Shown one piece after another: positions 23,151-33,234 of a stretch of 33,234 bases of DNA. The DNA is from Octopus bimaculoides (lineage: Eukaryota): contig NC_068997.1 of assembly GCF_001194135.2 (NCBI RefSeq), positions 28,637,596 to 28,670,829 on the forward strand. Direction: 5' to 3'. A program made the position numbers and the translations under genes. How positions within the stretch are numbered: the stretch's first letter is position 1; each line of letters opens with the position of its first letter. The notes beneath the pieces were generated by a model. The model did no database searches. It worked only from the letters and a program-made list of their open reading frames with translations, and was not told where the DNA came from.

Positions 23151-23300
23151 CTCCTTCTTCTCCTTCTTCTTCTTTTTCTTCTTCTTCTTCTTCTTCTTCT
23201 TCTTCTTCTTCTTCTTCTTCTTCTTCTTCTTCTTCTTCTTTTTCTCCTTCTTCTTCTTCTTCTTCTTCTTCTTCTTCTTCTTCTTCTTCTTCTTCTTCTT

Positions 23301-23330
<30 letters not shown>
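23151..23330. repeat. (CTT)n/(GAA)n microsatellite, about 60 units
   Basis: Directly visible; starts about 15 nt after the exon 2 donor. Confidence 0.95.
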
Positions 23331-23331
<1 letters not shown>

Positions 23332-23353
23332 TTATTATTATTATTATCATTAT

Positions 23354-23618
23354 TTGTTTGACTTTTGCTTCGCATTTGTACAAGTTGGCTCCAAGTCTCC
23401 CCCAACAGACCTCAAGAGATAAGTTAGAAGTTCAAGTTAGTGTTATGCCTAGGGTGTCATATATTTGGTTTTGTACATAGTGTTGTTCTAGAGAATGCTT
23501 AAGAAACCATAAGAAAATTATGAGTTTGTTTTAAGATTTGAAATACATAGACAGTATTTTACGTAGGATATGGGCAATTCCCATAAGCACTATCTTTTGA
23601 ATTTCTGCCAATTTGGGG
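23354..23618 (-). mobile_element. R4/Dong-clade 5'-truncated 3' end, copy 1, within (TAA)n
   Basis: Encodes the terminal motif PKLAEIQKIVLMGIAHILRKILS, then a 3' UTR and a (TAA)n tail; TAA repeats on both sides. Confidence 0.8.
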
Positions 23619-23683
23619 TTATTATTATTATTATTATTATTATTGTTATTATTATTGTTATTATTATTATTATTATTATTATA

Positions 23684-23926
23684 TGTTTGACGTTTGCTTT
23701 GTATTTGTACAAGTTGGCTCCAAGTCTTACCCAGAGGCCTCAAGAGACAACACGTTATAAGTTCATGTTGGTGTTACGCCTAGGGTGTCATATATTTGGT
23801 TTTGTACATAGTGTTGTTCTAGAGAATGCTTAAGAAACCATAAGAAAATGATGAGTTTGTTTTAAAATTTGAGATTACATAGAAAATATTTTACGTAGGA
23901 TATGGGCAGTTCCCATGATCACTATC

Positions 23927-23930
<4 letters not shown>
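23684..23930 (-). mobile_element. R4/Dong-clade 5'-truncated 3' end, copy 2, within (TAA)n
   Basis: Homologous to copy 1 with scattered substitutions and indels and a different 5' truncation point. Confidence 0.8.
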
Positions 23931-23984
<54 letters not shown>

Positions 23985-24059
23985 GTTGTTTTTGTTGAGG
24001 GTCCTACTACTATTACTGCTGCTGCTGCTATTACTACTACTACTACTACTACTACTACT

Positions 24060-24235
24060 ACAGAATTGTTAGTATGCCAAAAAAACTGCTTTGTGGCATT
24101 TCATCCATTCTTTATCTTCTGAATTCACCAAGTTCAACCCTGGGATCAATAAATGAAATGCCAGTTAAGCACTGCGGTCAAAGTAATCGATTTACCCTCT
24201 TTCCAAAACTACTGGCGTAGTACTAAAATTTGAAA
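24060..24235 (+). mobile_element. SINE family B, strongly decayed
   Basis: cagaattgttagtatgcc head remnant and gatcaataaatgaaatgccag core remnant. Confidence 0.6.
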
Positions 24236-24301
24236 CCATAATAATTATTGTTGTTGTTATTATTATTAAAATTAAGGTGGCAAGTGACCAGACAAAATAC
24301 T

Positions 24302-24575
24302 TGTTGTAAATGCCATGGATGCAGAGAAGATTACATTGGACAAAGTAAACTTACTTTAAGAATAAGAATAACAATTCATTGTCAACAAATACGAGATCCC
24401 AGGACTAGACAAATTCTGTATAGTGAACATCTGGACACATGTATGGAAACTAAATCTCCCAAATTTCTTGTCTTCCCACTCTATCAATGTACTGACAATA
24501 CTACAGATCAAACAAAAATAAGTAACAAAAATTATTTATTAAGAAAATCCATTGCTGAACAGGCTATAAAAACAT
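24302..24575 (+). mobile_element. Penelope-like element fragment (GIY-YIG endonuclease domain)
   Basis: CKCHGCREDYIGQSKLTLRIRITIHCQQIRDP..YSEHLDTC matches the Penelope C..C...YIGQT...L..R...H pattern. No RT nearby. Confidence 0.8.
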
Positions 24576-24804
24576 CAGTAGTACACAATTCACCTTTTCC
24601 TGTGAATTAATTATTGTAGAAATATATTATGTATCTAATTGAGCTCATTCTAAACATGCTTAACAGGAATAAACTAGCACTAATTTATAACATTTTTGCA
24701 CTCAACAAACAATAGATTTCTTCAAATAAGGAAAATCAAAATTCTTTGCTGTTTAAGCATTTATTGTTTCATGATTTGTTGTTATTCTATTTCCTGTCTC
24801 TGTC

Positions 24805-24978
24805 GTGCTGGTGGCACGTAAAAGTCACCTACTACACTCTCATAGTGGTTGGCATTAAGATGGGGATCCAGCAGTAGAAACCTTGCCAAATCAGATCAGA
24901 AATTAGCATAGCCCTCCTACTTACCAGTTTTCAGTCAAACCGTTCAACCCATGCCAGCATGGAAAGCGGATTTTAAAC

Positions 24979-25008
<30 letters not shown>
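24805..25008 (+). mobile_element. SINE family C
   Basis: gtggcacgtaaaag..cccatgccagcatggaaa..aaacga(TGA)n. Confidence 0.8.
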
Positions 25009-25009
<1 letters not shown>

Positions 25010-25490
25010 CAGCAGAATAATACACTTTAACTATTTATAATGCCATTATGTAAACAATTATATTCTTTTAATTAAATTTGAATTTCAGTCTCTTATTATT
25101 TCTGGTGTGAAACGAGAGAGAAAACACAGAAAAATAGATATCACTTATTTTTATCTCTCTTTTCTAACTGTCATGTGACATATTCAATGGAGAAAAACTT
25201 TTATGCGATCGTCTTGTGTGACTGCCACATGAGCTTAACACTGAACACTGAATAATCAATTTGTACATTAACATTGTAGCATTCTCAGCCATATCCTTTT
25301 TTTAAAAACAATCAATTTTGATAACAACAGCCAGAATAGACATAATTCATAAGACAGCTTTATACACCATGTACTTTTGAAAATCTAATGTGAAACTGAT
25401 CAAGTATATTCCTATATTTCAAAAATCTAATTAAATTCTAATTAATTTTAATATATTCCCTGTGCATTTTCAAATTTTCAACATCATTTC

Positions 25491-25525
<35 letters not shown>

Positions 25526-25889
25526 NNNNNNNNNNATATATATATATATATATATATATAGTGAGAATTTACAAAAAAAACAAACAAACAGATGTAAACA
25601 ACAAACAGATGTATTAGTTTAATGCTCAGGAAGTGAGAAAGTCTTTTACATTTCAAGCCTACGCTCTTTGACAGAAAGGAATACAGAAATAAACTGGGAG
25701 AGAAAATAGAAATAAATAGGGAGAGAAAATAGATATGTCATATAAATATATACATATATATACAACAAGAGATGGTTTTTGCCTCTTTTTATGGAGACAA
25801 ATAGGTTTATAAGACTGCAAAAAAAAAAGTGCTCAAATGTAATTGAGACAAATGTTTGGAGGCATGGTGTTATGTATAAAGTCGTTGAC

Positions 25890-26607
25890 NNNNNNNNNNN
25901 NNNNNNNNNNNNNNNNNNNNNNNNNNNNNNNNNNNNNNNNNNNNNNNNNNNNNNNNNNNNNNNNNNNNNNNNNNNNNNNNNNNNNNNNNNNNNNNNNNNN
26001 NNNNNNNNNNNNNNNNNNNNNNNNNNNNNNNNNNNNNNNNNNNNNNNNNNNNNNNNNNNNNNNNNNNNNNNNNNNNNNNNNNNNNNNNNNNNNNNNNNNN
26101 NNNNNNNNNNNNNNNNNNNNNNNNNNNNNNNNNNNNNNNNNNNNNNNNNNNNNNNNNNNNNNNNNNNNNNNNNNNNNNNNNNNNNNNNNNNNNNNNNNNN
26201 NNNNNNNNNNNNNNNNNNNNNNNNNNNNNNNNNNNNNNNNNNNNNNNNNNNNNNNNNNNNNNNNNNNNNNNNNNNNNNNNNNNNNNNNNNNNNNNNNNNN
26301 NNNNNNNNNNNNNNNNNNNNNNNNNNNNNNNNNNNNNNNNNNNNNNNNNNNNNNNNNNNNNNNNNNNNNNNNNNNNNNNNNNNNNNNNNNNNNNNNNNNN
26401 NNNNNNNNNNNNNNNNNNNNNNNNNNNNNNNNNNNNNNNNNNNNNNNNNNNNNNNNNNNNNNNNNNNNNNNNNNNNNNNNNNNNNNNNNNNNNNNNNNNN
26501 NNNNNNNNNNNNNNNNNNNNNNNNNNNNNNNNNNNNNNNNNNNNNNNNNNNNNNNNNNNNNNNNNNNNNNNNNNNNNNNNNNNNNNNNNNNNNNNNNNNN
26601 NNNNNNN

Positions 26608-26608
<1 letters not shown>
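25890..26608. other. Assembly gap (719 N); other gaps at 3270-3367, 7484-7779, 10701-10710, 13573-13641, 18846-19095, 25526-25535
   Basis: Runs of N. Confidence 0.99.
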
Positions 26609-26652
<44 letters not shown>

Positions 26653-26808
26653 CTATCTCTCTCTCTATCTTTCTTTTTCTCTCTTTCTCTCTTTCTCTTT
26701 CTTTCTTTCTCACTCTTTCTCTTTCTCTCTCTTTCCTTCTCTTTCTTTCTCTCTCTTTCTTTCCCCTCTCCCTCTCTCTTTCTCTTTCTCTGGCTGCCTC
26801 TCTCTCTC
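26609..26808. repeat. (CT)-rich polypyrimidine tract
   Basis: Directly visible. Confidence 0.9.
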
Positions 26809-27302
26809 TAGATTCCCTTGTTTGAAAATATAAGTACACAGATCATGTCGTATAGCCAGCTGGAGACGATGTCTCCTGGGGCTAAATTACAGCAACATTA
26901 GTCCTAAACCAGGACTGCCATGTTATGTTGGCAAATAATCTTTACGCCAAAATATTGTTGCAGAATACCTCTCGTTGTGAGATTTACAAATAGTAATTTT
27001 CTACAAAAATACTGACCGTTTTGAAAAGGTTTTTTTTTTTTTTGTTTTTTTGCATTTCCCATTTATATCATTCATTGATATTTCATACACATTCACTTTT
27101 GGGACTTTTCGAAAAATTTATCATAATTTCCAAACTAATTCACATATGAAGAAAATGTAAATACTATATATTATTTTAACTCCTAAGACACCTGACAAAG
27201 CCAAAAAGTGTGAATTAAAAAATTTGGCAGTTAATGGGTTAAAGTGGATGATTGATTACCATCCAAGAACAGCCAAAACAAATGCTACAACCCTTTCTCG
27301 TC

Positions 27303-27540
27303 TGCAGGTGTGACTGTGGGGTTTAGAAGCTTCCTTTGCAACCATGGGGTTTCAGGTTCAGTCCTACTGCAGCAACAACCAATGCTTTATGAGTGAATTT
27401 AGTTGATGGAAAGTGTGTGGAAACCTGTCATATGTGTGTCTATATGCATGCATGTGTGTATATGTATGTATGTATGTTTGTATGTACATATGTACGTATG
27501 TCATTATTCAGTTCTCTTTCAAGATTGGTGTTGAACACTA
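27303..27540 (+). mobile_element. SINE family A, decayed and deleted
   Basis: caggtgtgactgtg head, ggttcagtcc B-box and gagtgaatttagttgatggaaa body. Confidence 0.6.
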
Positions 27541-29221
27541 GAGTCACCTAAATTTGAAACTATTATAATTTCTGGTCTTGTGTTCATGCTGGAAGCAATT
27601 ACCATTATTATAAATAATGTGGCATTGTATTAATAGAAGACTTTAGATTTTGTTTTGATGCATTCTGGGCAATACAGATCTGTTTGCTCATCACATAGGA
27701 CCTTATTGTATAAAAATAGATTGTGTGTGTGTGTGTGTGTGTCTGAGAGAGAGAGAGTTTTATTTGGTGAAATATGAAGAGCCATTGCAATTGAGAGGTG
27801 TCGCCATCTCTACCACAATTACACCAATATCTCTTGTAAAAAATATTAGAAAAAAGAAATGTTCTACATTTAGATTTGCCGAGGAACAGAAGACAAGAGA
27901 GAGAGGAGAGAGGTAGGGAAGAAAGAGAGAGAGAGAGAAAGAAAGAGAGGAGAGAGAGATGAAGGAGGAGAAAGAAAGAGACAGAAAATAATGTCAAAAA
28001 CTTGGAAGTAGTCAGCTTCATAAGACTGCAGCTGAACATTACAGCTGTATTGGCAGTCGACGGCTGTCGGCGGCATTCTTAAAATGTCACCATGACAAGA
28101 GACATTAGATAGAGTACCTTTATTGACTTGTTTGTGGTGTTTATATTCCTCAGAATCAAACCAAAACTGCTGTGAGGCTTCATGCTCAACAGACATCTCT
28201 CACATTTTTGCCATATAGTGTAAAATGATATTGTATAGTTCTGCTCTCAGATATATCAAGTCAAAGACATACAATACGTTAACATTGTTATTAATAGTTC
28301 CAAATGAGGTTTTGTGTTAAAAATAGACCAGGTTCTTTTCCTTTCTCACTGTACCTTTATTGAGTTTTTTATGACACAGTTTTACCTTAAGCCTTTAGCA
28401 TTTAGGTTACTTTGTCAAATCTAATCCTTATTCATCCACATTGTTTTGAATTGACCATACATAATTTTGTAGATTTGAGGTTTTGGTGATGTGATTACTG
28501 TGAAATATCATCATAGTGTTTGTAGTTTATTTGTTTAGCTGTGTGTGTTGCTCATGCATTATGAAATATAACCAACCATAATCCTGTATCCTAGATATTT
28601 GTTTGTTGTTTCTGCTGTTGTCGAAGGAGACAAGGTTGTCATGATCCCGTAACAGGTCAGCAGGTTGTTCAGAAGGTCTCCAAACAAACAACTTAGTACA
28701 GGTCTTATGTAAGATATTTATCTTTATCAAGGTTACACAGTACAAACACTTGACGGGTAGAAGGTTTTAATGGGTCAAAAGGTAGACTGCGCGCACGCAA
28801 GTATGTGTGTGTGAGTGTGTGTGTGTGTAATTGGTTAGAACCAATACTTTCATTAGCATGATGGACATGATAGATATTTGGGGGCAGAGAAAGGTTTGAG
28901 AACTCACGGAAGGTATTGGGGCCAGTTCAAGAGTACTCTGTTTGAGAATGAGGGATAAAACTTTATCAAGACCTGTTAGGTTTATTAGCTGAAATCAATG
29001 TTCACCAATTGTGTACAAACAGTGGAGAAGCAGATTAAGAATAAGTCACTGGTTGCTTGTTGCTGTTTGAGTTGAGCTGCTCAAGAAGATATATTTCCTT
29101 GGCTTTGTGGATAATAATCGAAGCAAACTCGTGAACATTTGATTGAAATATTTATTGCCAGACATAAAGGTATTTGGTGTTGGTGAATTACAATGAACAA
29201 TATAAATGTTTGCTGACTCCG

Positions 29222-29420
29222 GCTCCCGTGCCAGTGGCACATAAAAGTACCCACTACACTCTCGGAATGGTTGGCATTAGGAAGGGCATCCAGCTGTAGA
29301 AACACTGCCAGATCAGACTGAAGCCTGGTGCAGCTCTCTGGCTTACCAGACCCCAGTCTAACCGTCCAACCCATGCCAGCATGGAAAACGGACGTTAAAC
29401 AATAATGATGATGATGATGA
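29222..29420 (+). mobile_element. SINE family C
   Basis: Close reverse complement of 18167-18372. Confidence 0.85.
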
Positions 29421-29864
29421 ATACAAATACTAAACTCTGCTTTAATATAATTGTTCCGTTTTATGCAAGACAGATGAAAAGGGAGAATGACGGTTTGCAC
29501 ATGTTATGGATGCAAACCTGTCTGGCTTTTGGTTTGAATAAAATTGCGTGCCCTGGCTTAACTATCACAATTCACTCCAGATGTATGTTATGTAGATATA
29601 TCTACATTGTGTGCCTGCTGTTATATAATAACGGCTTGTTATTAGAGCCTCATCCGTCCACACACCTTACCTTTAATAATCCGGAGTCCTTGACGAAGTC
29701 GACCAGATTATTGACATTTCAGATTTTTTTCTTCATATCATCATTAAGAATCTAATCACTAACCACCCCCATCACCACCATCACCCACACACACACGCAT
29801 ACTTCTGTCTCTGTCTGTCTGTCTGTCAGTCTGTTTGTTAGTCTGTCTCTCACACATACACACA

Positions 29865-29865
<1 letters not shown>

Positions 29866-29910
<45 letters not shown>

Positions 29911-30180
29911 TCACTCATACAATATACATACCCTCATGCACACATTCATGCAGACACTCACACTCATACACACATACTTTCTCTCACATTCACACATTCT
30001 CGTTCTCTCTCTTTCTTTTTTTCTCCCTCACTTTCTCTCTCTCTCACTCTTTATTTCTCTCTCTTTATTTCTTTCTCCCTCCCTCTCTCACTCTTTATTT
30101 CTCTCTCTCTTTCTCTTTCTGTCCTTCCTTCTTTCTCTCTCTCTCTTTTTCTTTTTCTGTCTTTCTTTCTCTCCCTCCCT
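29866..30180. repeat. (CT)n and CT-rich low-complexity tract
   Basis: Directly visible. Confidence 0.9.
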
Positions 30181-30934
30181 CTCATCCCCCACCCACACCT
30201 GGCCATCTAGCATTTACATCACCTTTGTTTTCTTGTGTATCCTTTTCTTTTCTTAATGTTACGTCTTCTCGTTAAGGAAATTTATTTTCCCATCTTCGTT
30301 TGGATTAACACTGTATTTAATCAGGTGGGTGGGTGTTATGGCATTCAAATTAATCTTGCTTTATTTAATCTTGTCGAGATTAACAACACTTGATGATAAA
30401 GTGAACTCTCTTAGTCTGATAAAGGATTAACTGAATCTCTTTAGAATCAATGTTGTTGTTGTTGTTGTTTACTCATTGATATTGATGACAATGATGATGA
30501 TGGTGGTGGTGTTTTTAATTTCCTGAACTACTTTTCTGTTGCTAATCCTAAACTACATTTGACTCTGGTGAAAGCAATACACACACATACACACACATAT
30601 ATATATATATGATTCAACAAATAGTAGCACTGTTGTAACAACGTAATTAGTACAGCACTAGCTAATTAGTAGAAGCTGGTGCAACAGGGTAATAAAACTC
30701 ATTTAACCAGGGTGAAAAATAGGTTTATCTTATCTTTTCTTTCTTTTTTTTATTTAAAGGCAAACCAACAAAAAAGTGATTTATTAAATTCCTGCTGATG
30801 TTTCCTTGACCCCGTGGATGTGTTTGAGGTCACTCACACAGAGGCAACAATGTTTCTGATCATTTACACTCAAAATACTTGTGCTTTTACATGTAGGACA
30901 CATTAAAAAGTTCCCACCCACCACATTTGGTAAA

Positions 30935-31090
30935 GTGTTTGGGTATTAGGAAGGGCACCCAGCTTTAGAAACCATACCAAATCAGACAACGGCAGCCTGG
31001 TCAACAGTCTGGTTTGCCAGCTCCTGTTAAAATGTCCAACCCATGCCAGCATGGATGACACACGTTAAAAGATGATGATGATGATGATGA
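30935..31090 (+). mobile_element. SINE family C, 3' part
   Basis: attaggaagggca..ccaacccatgccagcatgga..(GAT)n. Confidence 0.75.
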
Positions 31091-31199
31091 CACTTTCATT
31101 TATGTATGCAAACATGCATACATACTTATATACATACATACATATGTATATACATATACATGCAAACACACACCTATACATACACACACACATATATAT

Positions 31200-31345
31200 G
31201 AGAGGCTTCTTTCAGTTTCCATTTACCAAATCCTCTGACAGGGCTTTGCTTCACCTAACACTACAGGTAAAAGTCATTTCACCCAAGGTGTCATTTAGTG
31301 GAACTGATCCTAAAACCATCCGGTTTGGAAACAGACGTCTTCCCA
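31200..31345 (-). mobile_element. SINE family A, 5' part, decayed
   Basis: ggcttctttcagtttccatttaccaaatcc motif. Confidence 0.6.
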
Positions 31346-32869
31346 CTCACCCAATCACATAAATCATTGTTTAATTAATCACCTGATCCAGTTGCATAAA
31401 CACTGCAGAGACGGAAAAAGAAGAGATTTAGTTATAAACTGAAATAGCATCAGTAAATTCTAGTTTATCCTGTCGACAATTAGATCATATTGTTCTCATT
31501 ATCAACGCACCCACCTCCAATTCACCAACCCCCAACACTTAGAAGAGATTAACATGTATTCAGGATGTGTTTCTTAAGAACCCTGTCTATTAATTTATAT
31601 GGATTAAGAGGATTGAGATCTCTGAAACAGGGATCTGTTGTTTTGCACTAATGAGAATACATTAGAATGCTTTGCCATATCTTTCTCTTCTGTAATGTTT
31701 AGTTTCGGTTCGGTTTGTTTCTCATCTTATATAAAAGAACTGTTCATCGGCTCGCCATACCAGCTTCAGTTTTGGCAAGTTTTCACTCTTTGAACTTTGA
31801 CAGCTGTATATACATACATGCATACTTACATACAGGCATATATACATATGTATGTATGAACTGTAATCATTTTTATGTATCAAGCTACATATTTGAAGGA
31901 TCAATGTCACATGTAGATCAGCTACATAGTGGGGGAGGGGGTAAACAACATGGATGTCATTGGTTGGATGTTTACTCAAACAAGGTTCAATTATAACCAT
32001 TTTAGGGACTCAACTGCAATTTGAAGGCCCTGCACATTACAGATTTGAAGTGGTCTACGTAGCTAAATAGTTGAATGATCTCCCTTGCAAGAAAGATTAT
32101 AGAGTAACCTCCCTTCTCTAAGTTTCTCGAAGCATCATGAGACGTGATTCTTAACTATTCAAGAAGCTTGGCGTTTCTCTTGGAAGTTTCTAGAATATCT
32201 AGCGTTCCATTAATAAAAACAGCCTGCTAACCCTGCTCTTCCCTTCTTAGTCGATTAGACTTAGAGCCATTCACGTCATTGATATGTCCGTCTATTTCTC
32301 AACGCCACATGACTGAACGCCACCACTTAGCTGTTATCTCTATATTTCCTATTTCTAAACTTTCTTGCATAGATTACTTCATCCAACTAGATTCTATATT
32401 TTGATTCTATGTCTCATCATCGACCAGTAAATAAAATATATTTTTATGTAGTACATATAAACTTCTTGAATTTATTCTTCTTCTCTGTAAGAATTCTCGT
32501 AATAACATACACACAGCCACATCAACACCTTGTACTGACCATATATTCCCACTACCGACTAACTACCATAAGGGTCGTACTCATTATAAAATCTTGATAA
32601 AGTAACCTGCTGACTAACGGAAGATTAATTCTGAAAGACATTAGTTTAGATATGGCGAATTATGTTTGCATTCCTTCTCTCACCATGACTTTCCCCTTGA
32701 AGTAAACCTAAACAAGGCTCCCCACCCCTCGTGGCATGACATGTTGGAACAAATAAATGCAAGGTGAATTGACCTTTATTGACAAACGTCTTAGTAACCA
32801 ACAACAACAACCTCTGACGTACCAGGAACCCAAAATCTCTTTCACTATTAATCAATCACTTCTCACTGG

Positions 32870-33060
32870 TACCTTTTATCATCTCTCTTTTACTTGCTTT
32901 GTCATTGAACTGTGGCCATACACTGGCAGCACCTTGAAGGGTTTTAGTCAAACAAGTCAACTCCAGTGTTGGTCTTTTTTGTCAAACTGCTAAGTTACAG
33001 GGACGTAAATAAGCGAACACCAGTTGTCAGGTGGTGGTGGTGGTAGTGGTGAGTAACAAG
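32870..33060 (-). mobile_element. SINE family A, 3' part
   Basis: ctgtggccat..gcaccttgaag..aactgctaagttacagggacgtaaa motifs. Confidence 0.65.
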
Positions 33061-33234
33061 TACCGACAAAGACACACACACAGACAAATCTCACACATAT
33101 GGAAAACCACTTTTATACTGGCAATGCCCCAGCATGGCCACAGCCTAAGGGCCAAACAAACGAATATGTATATATATATATATATATATATACGCACACA
33201 CACAGACACACACGAATATATATATGTATATATA

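Noticed and set aside
22994-23405. Poly-Arg, poly-Lys and poly-Ser ORFs
   Set aside because: Alternative frames of the (CTT)n tract.
22635-23480. 281-aa ORF as a complete single-exon gene
   Set aside because: Only 22681-23135 is SLC6-like and it is bounded by canonical splice sites; the rest is acceptor tract and microsatellite read-through.
25779-26825. 348-aa and 322-aa ORFs (likewise those at 7450-7920 and 18668-19166)
   Set aside because: Kept open only by runs of N.
29590-29607. 18-nt perfect palindrome atgtagatatatctacat
   Set aside because: Low-complexity core, isolated, no supporting context.

Overview
Repeat-dense animal genomic DNA, most likely Octopus (inferred from the SINE families and the extreme microsatellite load). 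The window holds the first two coding exons of one + strand gene, an SLC6 (neurotransmitter:sodium symporter) transporter of the neutral amino acid SLC6A15-A20-like branch. Exon 1 is 199-412, a 22,268-nt phase-1 intron follows, and exon 2 is 22681-23135, giving 223 codons in total. No exon 3 is recognisable; it may lie in the 25890-26608 gap or beyond the window. The rest is intron: dozens of SINE copies from three families, an unclassified fourth repeat, an Hsmar1-like mariner fragment, a Penelope GIY-YIG fragment, three R4/Dong-clade non-LTR fragments, MITE-like relics and microsatellites. Almost all other ORFs in the track are artefacts of repeats or N gaps. The most notable observations are a sharp CpG-decay boundary near 15.8 kb inside intron 1, with a CRE-containing fold-back beside it, and two apparently independent R4/Dong insertions in one (TAA)n array just after exon 2. 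I see no clearly new biological system. Repeat boundaries were read by eye and are approximate to a few tens of nt, and family names come from recalled motifs, not database searches.
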